From an uncultured Candidatus Saccharimonadales bacterium (lineage in GTDB: Bacteria > Patescibacteriota > Saccharimonadia > UBA4664), in the NCBI GenBank assembly GCA_964467655.1, contig CAYXSN010000010.1, forward strand, positions 1-61,775: 61,775 nt of DNA. The letters are read 5' to 3'. Shown one piece after another: positions 44,506-54,346 of the stretch (its first letter is position 1; the number at the start of each line of letters is the position of its first letter). The position numbers and the translations under genes are program-made. The notes under the pieces were generated by a model. It saw nothing but the letters and a program-made list of their open reading frames with translations. It was not told where the DNA came from and did not search any database.

Positions 44506-45021
44506 CTAGACTGATTTGGCTTTGGCAATCGGGTGAGCGAGCGGAAACTGATAAACAGCCGCCGTGGCATTGGTTCGAATGGGTTGGACGGTGGGCAGTG
44601 CAAACACATATGACACCACCAAGGTAGGCTCGGTGATATCTGAGACTAGCTTGTGTTCCAATTTGGTCATATACCTGTCGATTAGAAATACATAGATAGC
44701 GTCGGCTTTTGGCAATGGTTGCTGCCAAAAATTTGCCAAATGGATCTTGACTCTTGAGCGGTAGCGCCAGCAGACTATCGTGGAGATGAGTACAAGGAGC
44801 GGGTTGATCTCATAACCGATACCATTGATTCCCTGGCTGGCAGCAGCATAGAGTAGGCGGCCATCGCCTGACCCGAGGTCGATGATAGTTTGTCCGGGCT
44901 TGAGGTTTGTTAGCTCTAATAACTTGCGTCGGTCTTGGCCCAGGATGGGTACATAGGGTGCGCCCAGCCATGCGCCCAGTCCGAAACTGGCGGCAAGGGC
45001 AAAGAGGAGCACCGGCCACAT
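44506..45021 (-). CDS. TM-anchored class I SAM-dependent methyltransferase
   Basis: N-terminal TM segment followed by SAM motif I, IIDLGSGDGRLL. Confidence 0.7.
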   Translation of the reverse strand: MWPVLLFALAASFGLGAWLGAPYVPILGQDRRKLLELTNLKPGQTIIDLGSGDGRLLYAAASQGINGIGYEINPLLVLISTIVCWRYRSRVKIHLANFWQQPLPKADAIYVFLIDRYMTKLEHKLVSDITEPTLVVSYVFALPTVQPIRTNATAAVYQFPLAHPIAKAKSV

Positions 45022-45032
45022 GAGTAATTGGC

Positions 45033-45293
45033 CTAGAGCAAGTTGGCTTGGTTAGTAGTTTCTGTGGATATGCCAGTGTCTGCGGTCTCGGTCTGGTCGC
45101 TGTAGCGAAGCTTGATTTTTTCGACGCGGTTTTCGACTTGCTGCAGGTGTTTTTTGAGGTCTTGTGCCAATTCCATACCTCGTTCAAATTTGGCTATTCC
45201 CTGGTCGAGGTCGGCATCGCTTGATTCGAACCATGCGGTAATAGCTTCAAGCTCGGCTAAGTGTTTACTGAATTCGTAAGATTTAGGGCTCAT
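45033..45293 (-). CDS. xseB: exodeoxyribonuclease VII small subunit
   Basis: Small helical protein (LEAITAWFESSDADLDQGIAKFERGMEL) overlapping the xseA stop. Confidence 0.85.
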   Translation of the reverse strand: MSPKSYEFSKHLAELEAITAWFESSDADLDQGIAKFERGMELAQDLKKHLQQVENRVEKIKLRYSDQTETADTGISTETTNQANLL

Positions 45294-46543
45294 TCTTTAA
45301 CCTCGGCTACTAACTGGTCTTCGGCTAATTGTATCATGATCTCGTCACCAGTCTTGAGATTTGAGCTGCGCGTGACAATAGCACCGTGATGGCGGACGAT
45401 GGCGTAACCCCGTTTGAGGACGGCATTCGGATTATACCCGGCCAGTAACTGGAGGTTGTGGTTGAGCTGACGCCGGTTATCGCCAATGATTCGGTTCACT
45501 GTACCGAGCCGGCGCTCCAGTACATTGATCTGGGTGACCATTGTCTGATGCTGATGGCGTAATCGTTCAAGGTGATGCCACAGTCTGAGCTCGGCGGTCT
45601 GCACACGCTGTCTCGGGAGATTTAAGTATTGCTCAATCTGTACTAAGGCTTGGTCGAGCTGGTGGCGACAGGTATTGGCGACTGTTTGCAGGCATGAATG
45701 TATGCGGCCTGATAAGGCTTCTACTTGTGTCCAAATCTCCCGTCTGTCTGGTACTACGATCCGGGCGGCATCGGTGGGCGTGGCAGCTCTGACATCGGCG
45801 GCATAGTCGGCGAGCGATACATCAATTTCGTGACCGACGCCCACGATGGTGGGCGTCCGGCTGGCGGCCACGGCGCGGGCTACTGGTTCGGTCGAAAAGG
45901 CCATTAAATCCTCGAGGGATCCCCCGCCCCTGATGATTACCAGGACGTCAGGTGGTTGAGGCATCTGGTTAAATGTTTCGATGGCAGCAACGATTTGATC
46001 TGGTGCTGTCTGGCCTTGCACGGTAACGTCTGCAAGCTGCAATCTGAGGCCGCCCCAACGTTGCGCCAGTATTTTGCAAAAATCAGCGTAGGCAGCACTG
46101 GTACCACTGGTGATGAGACCAATGGTCTGAGGAAATTTGGGTAGTGAGCGTTTCCGGCCTGGGTCAAATAGGCCCTCGGCTGTTAATTTGGCCTTGAGCA
46201 GCTCCATGGCCCGGCGCAAATGACCCTCGCCGGCCACTTCGTAGCTCTTGACGGTTAACGAGAATTTTGAGAATCTGCCGAGTTTTGGCGTGCCGCTCAG
46301 GACCACTTTCATGCCATCTTCCAGGGGTAATTTGAGAGCGTATACCATCATGAAACAGTTCACGACATTGGTATCGTCTTTGAGGTCGAAAAACACGTAT
46401 TTGCCTTGATTGATCTTGAAGCTTGAGATTTCGCCTTCGACCACAATATTGGGGTAGGCAAAACTTAATGTCTCGTTGATGAGGTCGACGAGCTGGGTGA
46501 CGGAAAGGGCTGAGAGTTGATCGGTGGCTGATGGTGGCATCAT
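45290..46543 (-). CDS. xseA: exodeoxyribonuclease VII large subunit
   Basis: OB-fold N-terminus (VVEGEISSFK), catalytic region (IIRGGGSLEDL) and a coiled-coil C-terminus. Confidence 0.9.
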   Translation of the reverse strand: MMPPSATDQLSALSVTQLVDLINETLSFAYPNIVVEGEISSFKINQGKYVFFDLKDDTNVVNCFMMVYALKLPLEDGMKVVLSGTPKLGRFSKFSLTVKSYEVAGEGHLRRAMELLKAKLTAEGLFDPGRKRSLPKFPQTIGLITSGTSAAYADFCKILAQRWGGLRLQLADVTVQGQTAPDQIVAAIETFNQMPQPPDVLVIIRGGGSLEDLMAFSTEPVARAVAASRTPTIVGVGHEIDVSLADYAADVRAATPTDAARIVVPDRREIWTQVEALSGRIHSCLQTVANTCRHQLDQALVQIEQYLNLPRQRVQTAELRLWHHLERLRHQHQTMVTQINVLERRLGTVNRIIGDNRRQLNHNLQLLAGYNPNAVLKRGYAIVRHHGAIVTRSSNLKTGDEIMIQLAEDQLVAEVKE

Positions 46544-46613
46544 GATAGTTCTAGTGTATCAGATGAGCGGGTTGAGGGAACTTCGGCGGTGGTTTGGTAT
46601 ACTAGGGGCAATT

Positions 46614-47738
46614 ATGGATTATGTTGCGATATTGGGTCGGCAGCCGGAAATCGGTTTTGTTGAGCTGGAATGTGTTTTGGGCAAGGCAGCGGTGCAGCCT
46701 TTTGGCCGTCAAGCGGCTTTGGTGGGGCAACGACTGGATATCGACCGGCTTGGCGGTGTCGTGAAGTTGGCCAGGGTGTTGTCCACGGGTTCCGATATTA
46801 GCGTACAGGATTTACCGATTGATGTAGCTTCACTTCCTCTACGAGACGGTAAGACCCCCTTTGCTGTGAGTTTGTACGGCTCTCATTATGCGGTGCGAGA
46901 TAGTCAAGTCGCTGGACTGGCGCTCAAGAAGAGACTCAAGGCTCGAGGGAGCGTGCGGTTGGTTCAGCCGGTTTCGGGGACAGCTGTAACGGCTGCGGGT
47001 CTCAAGTATAACAAAGTACTCGATAAGGGCTTTGAGCTGCTCGTTATTACAGCTGGCAGCCGTTCGATTATTGCCTGTACTGAGTCGGTGCAAGATGTTG
47101 ATGCCTACGCTGCTCGCGACTATGCTCGTCCGGCTCGTAGTGCGAGTGTGGGTATGCTGCCGCCGAAATTGGCTCAGTTCTTGGTGAACACAGTACCGGC
47201 AGGAGTGCCTGTGGCCGATCCATTTTGCGGGACTGGTGTCGTCTTGCAAGAAGCCCTCCTAGCGGGAAGGACTTGTTGGGGTGCAGATGTCGCCCAAGCC
47301 ATGGTGGGCATGTCTCAAGCTAATCTCGAATGGCTAGGGCAGCAATATGGCGCTTTGCCAGGTTTTGCAGTTTTGCAGGCTGATGCTCGGAGTGTCAAAT
47401 TGCCGCCGGGTTATGCAGTGGTTAGCGAAGGTTATCTCGGGCCGGCCCTGGTCGTCCCGCCGACTCAAAAGCAACTACAGGAGATCGAGCAATCAGTCCT
47501 TGCGTTATACCGTCAGACGCTCTTGAACTGGGCTGGCCAACTGGAATCAGGAGCGGTTGTGGCTCTCTGTGCGCCGAGCTGGCGTTTTCAAGGCAGCTGG
47601 CACCATCTGAAAATTATTGACGAATTGCCCAAAATGGGCTATTCTTTGAGGGAGTTTAAGCACGCCACTACTCCCCTGCTGTATGCTCGGCCAGATCAAG
47701 TAGTGGGGCGCCGGTTATTATTGATGAGGAAATCGTAA
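46614..47738 (+). CDS. putative RNA methyltransferase (Trm11/UPF0020-like, N-terminal THUMP-like region)
   Basis: [20 protein letters not shown] motif. Start at ATG 46614 (MDYVAILG), 10 nt after TGgTATACT. Confidence 0.6.
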   Translation: MDYVAILGRQPEIGFVELECVLGKAAVQPFGRQAALVGQRLDIDRLGGVVKLARVLSTGSDISVQDLPIDVASLPLRDGKTPFAVSLYGSHYAVRDSQVAGLALKKRLKARGSVRLVQPVSGTAVTAAGLKYNKVLDKGFELLVITAGSRSIIACTESVQDVDAYAARDYARPARSASVGMLPPKLAQFLVNTVPAGVPVADPFCGTGVVLQEALLAGRTCWGADVAQAMVGMSQANLEWLGQQYGALPGFAVLQADARSVKLPPGYAVVSEGYLGPALVVPPTQKQLQEIEQSVLALYRQTLLNWAGQLESGAVVALCAPSWRFQGSWHHLKIIDELPKMGYSLREFKHATTPLLYARPDQVVGRRLLLMRKS

Positions 47739-47742
47739 AGCT

Positions 47743-48024
47743 ATGGCCCATACAAAAGCAGGCGGTACCGCCAAAAACCTACGCGACAGCGCCGCCCAAC
47801 GGCTGGGTGTTAAGTTATTTGGCGGACAGACCGTTTTACCGGGCGGAATTATCGTACGACAGCGCGGCACCAGGATGGAAGCCGGTGTCGGCGTAGGTGT
47901 GGGTGTTGACCACACACTCTATGCCACCCGGGCTGGCGTTGTGCAATTTGCCACCAAGCAAGTCCAGAAGTTTACCGGCACTCGGGTGCGTCGCCGGATT
48001 GTTTCAGTTATTTCAGACAAATAA
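47743..48024 (+). CDS. rpmA: 50S ribosomal protein L27
   Basis: [24 protein letters not shown]...IIVRQRGT. Confidence 0.95.
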   Translation: MAHTKAGGTAKNLRDSAAQRLGVKLFGGQTVLPGGIIVRQRGTRMEAGVGVGVGVDHTLYATRAGVVQFATKQVQKFTGTRVRRRIVSVISDK

Positions 48025-48042
48025 TTTGCAATAAACAGGCCT

Positions 48043-48071
48043 AAAAAACCGGCTCATGAAGCCGGTTTTTT
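48043..48071. terminator. bidirectional Rho-independent terminator between rpmA and pyrG
   Basis: AAAAAACCGGCT-CATGA-AGCCGGTTTTTT. Confidence 0.8.
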
Positions 48072-48099
48072 AGTGATGTAGCGTTTTGGTATTTAGCCG

Positions 48100-49710
48100 T
48101 TAGTTTTTGGCTTGGTAGGTTTTGGCGGCAGCCATAAAGGCGTTAAATAATGGGTGTGGTCGTCGCGGTCGTGATTTGAATTCGGGATGAAACTGACTAG
48201 CCACCATAAAGGGATGGTTCGCGAGCTCGATGATCTCAACGAGTTTTTTGTCTGGTGACATACCAACGAATTTGAGCCCGGCTGCTTGGAGTCTATCGCG
48301 GTAATTATTATTGACTTCCCAGCGATGCCGGTGACGTTCCATGACTTCGGTTTCGCCGTAGGCTTTGCCGACTTTGGATTGAGCGTCGATGACGCAGGGG
48401 TAATCGCCTAGCCTCATGGTGCCACCTTTGTCGGTAACGGTGCGCTGGTGTTCCATGAGGTCGATAACCGGATGAGGCGTGTTGGGATTGACCTCGGTAG
48501 TATTGGCGTCTTTGAGTCCGTTTAACCGGGCGGCTGCAATTACTGCCATGTGTAGACCGTAGCAGAGTCCGAGATACGGTACTTGGTGCTTAATGGCATA
48601 AGTGGCCGCGGCGATCTTGCCCTCAACTCCTCGGCCGCCAAAGCCTCCTGGGACCAGGAATCCCGCGTATCCTTCCAGAAGTGAGCTGTCTTTTTCGACT
48701 TTTTCGGCATCAATCCAACAGATCTCGGGTCTGATGTGATTGGCCCAGCCAGCCGATTTCAGGGCTTCAAAGACGCTCAAATAGGTGTCTTCGTTGTCGA
48801 GGTATTTGGCGATGACACCGATCTTGAGCGTGTTGTGATCGGGATGGTGCACTAGCTGTGATAATTCTTCCCACTCCTTGAGCTTGGGGGCGACAGGCTT
48901 GAGGGCTAATTTCTCGAGTATGAAACTACCGAGGCCCTCTTTTTCGATCATCAGAGGTACTTCATAGACTGAACGGGCGTTGGGTACGGGAATAATGCCG
49001 GCTTCTTCGACATCGCAGAACAGGCTCAGTTTAGCTCTGACGGGCCCATTGAAGGGCTGCTCAGAGCGGGCGATCAGCACATCTGGATGGATGCCGGCGG
49101 CGCGCAAATCGCGAACAGCATTTTGAGCTGGTTTTGATTTGGTCTCGTGACTAGCTCCTAAGTAGGGCAAATAGACTACGTAGACATATAGCGTGTTATC
49201 GGCTCCCAAACGTCGCCTGAGCTGTCTGATGGCCTCAAGGGCGGCAGTAGATTCAATGTCACCAACTGTGCCGCCTAGCTCGACGATATGAAAGTCAAAA
49301 CCCTTGGCCGCCTGAATAATCTGCTCTTGGATCTCGCCCGTGACGTGAGGGATGATCTGTATGGTCTTGCCGAGATATTTACCGGCTCTCTCGTTGGCAA
49401 TCACTCGGGCGTAAATATGCCCGTTCATAACTGATGATCTTTTGGTGAGTTCTTCATCCAGAAATCGCTCGTAGTGGCCGAGGTCGAGGTCTGTTTCGGC
49501 CCCGTCTTTGGTCACAAAGACCTCACCATGCTCGGCCGGATTCAGCGTACCGGCATCAGTATTGAAATAAACGTCAAGTTTTTGGATATTGACTGAAAAA
49601 CCGCGGCTTTTGAGGATGGTCCCAATGGAAGCTGCGGTGATGCCCTTGCCGAGTCCCGAGAGGACTCCGCCAATAACGAAGATATATTTGGTGGTTGATT
49701 GTTGGGCCAC
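48100..49710 (-). CDS. pyrG: CTP synthase
   Basis: KYIFVIGGVLSGLGKG, and a GATase domain with GLCYGLH and HPEF. I prefer GTG 49710, 4 nt after AAGGAG. The ORF is open to 49737. Confidence 0.96.
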   Translation of the reverse strand: MAQQSTTKYIFVIGGVLSGLGKGITAASIGTILKSRGFSVNIQKLDVYFNTDAGTLNPAEHGEVFVTKDGAETDLDLGHYERFLDEELTKRSSVMNGHIYARVIANERAGKYLGKTIQIIPHVTGEIQEQIIQAAKGFDFHIVELGGTVGDIESTAALEAIRQLRRRLGADNTLYVYVVYLPYLGASHETKSKPAQNAVRDLRAAGIHPDVLIARSEQPFNGPVRAKLSLFCDVEEAGIIPVPNARSVYEVPLMIEKEGLGSFILEKLALKPVAPKLKEWEELSQLVHHPDHNTLKIGVIAKYLDNEDTYLSVFEALKSAGWANHIRPEICWIDAEKVEKDSSLLEGYAGFLVPGGFGGRGVEGKIAAATYAIKHQVPYLGLCYGLHMAVIAAARLNGLKDANTTEVNPNTPHPVIDLMEHQRTVTDKGGTMRLGDYPCVIDAQSKVGKAYGETEVMERHRHRWEVNNNYRDRLQAAGLKFVGMSPDKKLVEIIELANHPFMVASQFHPEFKSRPRRPHPLFNAFMAAAKTYQAKN

Positions 49711-49816
49711 ACAGCTCCTTTCTGTGCTGTAATGCACACTAGCAAATCCAGCTCTCGCGGTCTGGTGGAGCTGGGTTGATACCTCACTTCTACATCAAGA
49801 TGATACTCGTCTGCCG

Positions 49817-50536
49817 TTAGGAGCGCAAGCTGTTTTTAGTTATGCTTTGATAAACGGCCTCCAAACTTACAAATGTGGGAATTCGGCTATCGGACGCCAG
49901 GTATTTGGTTTCCGGACGCTGGAGCTGGTACAGGCTAATGTCGGCAAATCCAAGTAAGGGCAATAGGTTTACTAGGCTGTCATCTATGAGTGAGACGTGT
50001 TCATAACTTTGACGCTCAAACACATACGGTGGTACATGGCGTGGCCACTGGTCGGCCAGCCAGCGACCTTTGTTTTGATCTAGGATGGTTACGGGTAGCT
50101 GTGGGTATTTTTGCCTGAGACCCGTGGTTTTAAACTGTTGGTAATTGGTAAAGCCGGTGGTTGTAATTTGCAAAGAAACGCTCTTGTTGGCCAACAAGCT
50201 CTCGATAAATGCTGGACTGTCGGTGTAGAGAAATTCCATAGTATCAAGTGCCTGCAAGGCATTGATAACGGCTGCTTTCTCGCATCCATACGATGTGGTA
50301 TGAGCAAACAGATTGTAGCCATTCTGAGGTTCGCTAAAATCTGGCATGCTGGTCTCAAATTGCTCTTCATCGATCCCGAACCGGTCGCTAAGTACTGCTA
50401 TAAGCGTCGCAGTGAATCTGCTGGTATCGAATAACGTCCTGTCATAGTCGGCAAATATGAGGTGCCTTGAAGATAAGCGGGATTTACTTGAGGAGTTCAA
50501 GCGCTTTGTCGAGTACCGGGTCTTTACCGGCGTCAT
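49817..50536 (-). CDS. HAD superfamily hydrolase-like protein (start uncertain)
   Basis: HAD motifs: I IFADYDRT, II QITTTG, III NKG, IV LIDDS. Every in-frame ATG overlaps the end of the S41 protease gene by 50 nt or more. Confidence 0.55.
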   Translation of the reverse strand: MTPVKTRYSTKRLNSSSKSRLSSRHLIFADYDRTLFDTSRFTATLIAVLSDRFGIDEEQFETSMPDFSEPQNGYNLFAHTTSYGCEKAAVINALQALDTMEFLYTDSPAFIESLLANKSVSLQITTTGFTNYQQFKTTGLRQKYPQLPVTILDQNKGRWLADQWPRHVPPYVFERQSYEHVSLIDDSLVNLLPLLGFADISLYQLQRPETKYLASDSRIPTFVSLEAVYQSITKNSLRS

Positions 50537-51653
50537 AGTCGGCTGTGGTTTGTTTGATCTCCACATCAGGTTTGATCCCCTCTTTGCTGATATTGATGCC
50601 GGCGGGTGTGTACCAGTGGGCAATGGTGACTTTGAGCTGGGAGCCGTCAGGTAGCGGTTTCATGGTCTGGACACTGCCCTTGCCAAAGCTTTGCTCGCCG
50701 ACCAATTTGGCGGCGCCATGGTCGTGTAAGGCGGCTGCCACGATTTCGGAGGCACTGGCCGAGCCGCTGTTGATGAGCACTACTGCCGGTAGGCCGGCCA
50801 GGGTAGGACTACCCGTGGCAGTAAGCTTGTCGGTAGTCTTACCACCGGTGCGCTCCTCGACGACTAGGAGGTCTTTAGCCAGGAACTGACTGGCAACACC
50901 GACTCCGGCATCAAGATAACCGCCGGGATTGTTACGCAAGTCGAGAATGACTTTGGTGGCGCCCTGATTCTTGAGAGTGGTAGCGGCATTGCGCAGCTGG
51001 GTGGCACTATCGGGTCCAAACTGGGTGAGCCTGATATAAGCGACATTGCCGTTTTTGAGTTCGCTTTTGACGCTTGGTACCGTGATATCGTCACGTGTGA
51101 TAGTAACATCGAAGCTGTCGGCGCCGCTGCGGGCCAGTTTGAGCTTGACTGTCGTACCTTTGGCGCCCCTGATTTTGGAGACGGCGGCATCCACTGTCAT
51201 GCCTGTCGTGTCTTCATCATTGACCTTGAGGATGTAGTCGCCAGCTTTTAAACCGGCTTTGTCGGCTGGGGCATCGGCTATGGGCGCGATCACGGTAATT
51301 GTATTGTTTTTGAGGCCGATCTCGGCGCCGATGCCCGAGAGTTTACCGGCTAGGTCGTTGGTAATTTTCTCGGCTTCTGAAGCCGTCAAAAAAACCGTAT
51401 AGGGGTCGCCAGCGGAAGCTACCAAGCCGGCCTTGGCTCCCTCAAGCGCCTTGGTGTCATCGGTGTTGCCGTCAAAATTGCGCTGTAGCAAGCCGTAAAT
51501 ATCGTTTAAACCCGAGAAGTCTAGCTGGCTGGTGCGGTGCAGGCCTGGGAGACTTAGCTGGCCGCTGAGGGCATCACCGGCGTAAACTCCGCCGGCGGTA
51601 CAAACTATGAGGCTGGCAACGAGCCATACTGGATTGATCGTGATTTTGCACAA
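50484..51653 (-). CDS. S41 family carboxy-terminal processing protease with a PDZ domain
   Basis: PDZ segment (GLKAGDYILKVND), catalytic region NSGSASASEI and a downstream Lys. Confidence 0.9.
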   Translation of the reverse strand: MCKITINPVWLVASLIVCTAGGVYAGDALSGQLSLPGLHRTSQLDFSGLNDIYGLLQRNFDGNTDDTKALEGAKAGLVASAGDPYTVFLTASEAEKITNDLAGKLSGIGAEIGLKNNTITVIAPIADAPADKAGLKAGDYILKVNDEDTTGMTVDAAVSKIRGAKGTTVKLKLARSGADSFDVTITRDDITVPSVKSELKNGNVAYIRLTQFGPDSATQLRNAATTLKNQGATKVILDLRNNPGGYLDAGVGVASQFLAKDLLVVEERTGGKTTDKLTATGSPTLAGLPAVVLINSGSASASEIVAAALHDHGAAKLVGEQSFGKGSVQTMKPLPDGSQLKVTIAHWYTPAGINISKEGIKPDVEIKQTTADYDAGKDPVLDKALELLK

Positions 51654-51677
51654 CGTGACGGGTGGTCCTTGGTTAGG

Positions 51678-52808
51678 TTATTGGAAGTGGATGAAATACA
51701 GCCCGGCTGCCGGAATTGTCATGGTACTGTATTCGCCATTGTTACCATAGTTGTACTGGCTGACATAGATTTTGCCGCCCGAGACTGCCTCAACGTACAT
51801 GGCGTGGCCGTAAGGTCCGAGCATTGAGATAGCGACATCGCCGGCCTTGGGATTGCTATCAACCGGTATTCCGGCGGCTCTGGCGTTTGATGGCCATTGG
51901 TTGGCATTGCCACGTCCTCCCCAATACGGCATGGACCGGCCACTGGCTGCCACTTTGAAGGCAGTGTAGGAGACGCATTCACGGTTGTACATCCCCCAGT
52001 TGTCTACCAATGAGTCTTGGGCGGCGTTACACCAACGAGCCGGATAGCCGCCGCCGCAGGTGCCGCCAGCCATGAGGCCGCTGCCCACGTATTGCGCGGC
52101 TAGTACTGCAGCCTGCTCGGCTTTGAGCTTGGCAATCTCGGAATTTTTATCGCGGACAGCCTGGTCAGCGGCAGCGGCGCTCTGAGCGGCGATAGCTAAA
52201 AGATCATTTACCTTGGCCTGCTCATCTGTTATCTGGGTTTGTTGTATTTTTTGGTCGGCGAGGAGTGACTGTAAAACTTTCTGATCGTTTTCAAGTTTGT
52301 CTTTGATCGTTTGAATCTCTTTCACCGCGGCCATGACCTTGTCCCGGATTTTGTCCTGATATGCCTGCTGGTCAAAGAAGTCACTTAAGTTGCTAGATGA
52401 AGCCAACATTTCAAGGGGTGTAATTGATTGGCTCAGATACATTTGTTTGATATTGTCATTGAAGATAGCTTTTTGGCTAGCCATTCGGCTCTTGGCGTTT
52501 TCAATATCGGCGGCTGTTTTTTGAGATTTTAGTGTATTTATGCGGATTTGTGTACTAAGAGCGTTGATTTGCGCTTGCAAGCGCTGCAATTGATCACGGT
52601 AGTTAGTTGCTTCATTATGCAAAGTTGCCGCTTGCTGCTGCTGTGCGGACGCTTGTTGGCGCAGTATGCTAATTTGTTCGTCAAAGCTATCGGCGAAGGC
52701 GATGCCACTAGACAATGAAACCGCTGTGACAATACTGGTGAATGTCATAAATTGGCGGCTGAAATTGATTAAAAATTTGGTACGAATGAGCGTGCCCCTC
52801 CAAGGCAT
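51678..52808 (-). CDS. secreted coiled-coil plus CHAP-domain peptidoglycan hydrolase (PcsB-like architecture)
   Basis: Signal peptide ending AFA. About 200 aa of Gln/Ala-rich coiled coil. C-terminal CHAP domain with NRECVSYTAF (Cys) and GHAMYVE (His). Start chosen at ATG 52808; the longer ORF overlaps the DUF2690 gene. Confidence 0.8.
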   Translation of the reverse strand: MPWRGTLIRTKFLINFSRQFMTFTSIVTAVSLSSGIAFADSFDEQISILRQQASAQQQQAATLHNEATNYRDQLQRLQAQINALSTQIRINTLKSQKTAADIENAKSRMASQKAIFNDNIKQMYLSQSITPLEMLASSSNLSDFFDQQAYQDKIRDKVMAAVKEIQTIKDKLENDQKVLQSLLADQKIQQTQITDEQAKVNDLLAIAAQSAAAADQAVRDKNSEIAKLKAEQAAVLAAQYVGSGLMAGGTCGGGYPARWCNAAQDSLVDNWGMYNRECVSYTAFKVAASGRSMPYWGGRGNANQWPSNARAAGIPVDSNPKAGDVAISMLGPYGHAMYVEAVSGGKIYVSQYNYGNNGEYSTMTIPAAGLYFIHFQ

Positions 52809-52874
52809 TTCTATCGTACCAGATCCTATATATCTGTCAAACAAGTTGGCTTCGTGCGATCCTAATAAATAGGA

Positions 52875-52906
52875 GTCACCCCTGTCGCCGAAGCGACAGG
52901 GGTGAC
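52875..52906 (-). terminator. Rho-independent terminator after the DUF2690 gene
   Basis: Perfect 14-bp stem GTCACCCCTGTCGC / GCGACAGGGGTGAC with loop CGAA. On the minus strand it is followed by TCCTATTTATT. Confidence 0.75.
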
Positions 52907-52918
52907 TGTGGACGCTTG

Positions 52919-53359
52919 CTACGAGCACCAGTTGGGTGGACTGATGGGACTGATGTATCCGCCATAGCAGGCACGAAGTGGCAGTGGTGCATAAAGCATG
53001 TTCGTCCATGCGCTGACATAGACACCGTCCTGAATCAGGACTGGCCCACTCCCGACGTACATCATTGCAAGGATGTATCTTGCTCCCATGAAGGAGGTTG
53101 TTCGTACCCATCGGGTGCCACATGCCGGCGAGTACCTTGCTTCAATCATGCCGATGTTGATGCCGTGGTCGAAGACTCTCTGGGTGCCTATTGAGTAGGC
53201 GCCCGAGGCGCAGCCCGTTGCGTTGGCGTCCTTATTGTCGCAGCCGTGGCCTGAGCAGGTTGCGGCTGAAGCAGGTGCAGCACTCAACGCGACTCCACCT
53301 CCTGCGAGTGCCAGTGCCATAAGCGCTGTCGCTACTGACTTGCGTGATCGTTTGAACAC
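52919..53359 (-). CDS. secreted DUF2690-like protein
   Basis: Signal peptide ending ASA. CSGHGCDNKDANATGC...IEARYSPACGTRWVR matches the DUF2690 pattern common in actinobacteria. GTG start 5 nt after GGGAG. Confidence 0.7.
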   Translation of the reverse strand: MFKRSRKSVATALMALALAGGGVALSAAPASAATCSGHGCDNKDANATGCASGAYSIGTQRVFDHGINIGMIEARYSPACGTRWVRTTSFMGARYILAMMYVGSGPVLIQDGVYVSAWTNMLYAPLPLRACYGGYISPISPPNWCS

Positions 53360-53399
53360 GTTTTCTCCCTGTGGAGAGTGATCGGATGGGACGTGCTAT

Positions 53400-53427
53400 A
53401 TTATAACTCACTATGGATAATCGTCAA
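53400..53427 (-). promoter_or_regulatory. near-consensus promoter TTGACG-16-TATAAT for the DUF2690 gene
   Basis: On the minus strand, TTGACG is at 53427-53422 and TATAAT at 53405-53400, immediately after the ftsX stop. Confidence 0.6.
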
Positions 53428-53431
53428 ACCA

Positions 53432-54346
53432 CTAGAGTCTCAGATATCGGCTCAGGGCCAGTAAGCTTGAAGTTACGCCAATTAATATGCCTATGCACAT
53501 GGCTGTGCCAATCACCAGTACTGGAGAATTTTGGAAGAAGCCAATAGCTGTGCCTAGATCGATATAGCCCTGGATTCGGGGTCCGCCGGCAAATAGTAGT
53601 ATGTAACTCAGAGCGACACCAATGAGTGCGGCAATAATGCCATAAAAAGCGGCTTCAAACAGGAATGGTCCCCGGATGAACCACTTGGTGGCGCCAACCA
53701 ATTTCATGATTTCAATTTCGTCTTTTCGGGTAAAAATGGCCATTCTAATGGTATTAAAGATAATCAAGATAGAAACTATCACAAAAATGGCACTGATGAT
53801 GAGGCCTGATTTCTTGAAGAAGCTCGAAAAACTGACAATTCGGTCGATCGTGGTTTTGTTTTTGCCTGAGTAGCTAATGGGTTCCTTGGCATCAAGGAGT
53901 TTCGCGACGCCTGGTTCGGTGACAAAATTGGTGATCGAATCGAGTTTTTTGGGGTCTTTGGCCCGGACGGCAAATGAGGCTGGCAGCGGGTTGTCGGTTT
54001 CTGATGTGGCCTGCAGCAGCTTTTGGTCGTTAGTATGTTGCTTACGCCACTCGGCTAGGGCATCGGCTTTGGACACATAACGTACAGAAGCCACGTCAGG
54101 GTTTTGACGCAGGCGGTTTTGCAGATTGTTAACCTGGTCTGAGGTGACAGTGTCGCTTAAATATATTGAGATGTCGATTTTGTCGGTAACGTTCTTGATG
54201 GTACTGGTGAGGGCTGAGTTGGAAATAAATGATAGCAGTACGATGGTGAGCGTGATGGTCATAACGGCTGTGGCGGCAGTTGAGAGCCACAAATTTCTGA
54301 AGAAATTCCGTATGCCCGTTCTGAAGATGCGCCAAAGCGTAATCAT
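53432..54346 (-). CDS. ftsX: cell division permease-like protein FtsX
   Basis: Four TM segments with a large first extracytoplasmic loop. Directly follows ftsE. Confidence 0.9.
   Translation of the reverse strand: MITLWRIFRTGIRNFFRNLWLSTAATAVMTITLTIVLLSFISNSALTSTIKNVTDKIDISIYLSDTVTSDQVNNLQNRLRQNPDVASVRYVSKADALAEWRKQHTNDQKLLQATSETDNPLPASFAVRAKDPKKLDSITNFVTEPGVAKLLDAKEPISYSGKNKTTIDRIVSFSSFFKKSGLIISAIFVIVSILIIFNTIRMAIFTRKDEIEIMKLVGATKWFIRGPFLFEAAFYGIIAALIGVALSYILLFAGGPRIQGYIDLGTAIGFFQNSPVLVIGTAMCIGILIGVTSSLLALSRYLRL

Noticed and set aside
47878-47905. GVGVGVGV repeat in ribosomal protein L27
   Set aside because: Alignment by eye with E. coli L27 shows the segment has the same length as the canonical GANVGCGR loop region. 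It is a substitution, not an insertion.
52809-53123. N-terminal 105 codons of the 481-aa ORF 51678-53123
   Set aside because: This part overlaps the DUF2690 gene and its terminator and has no recognisable protein features. The signal peptide and the promoter-like TTGACA-16-TGgTACGAT element support a start at 52808.
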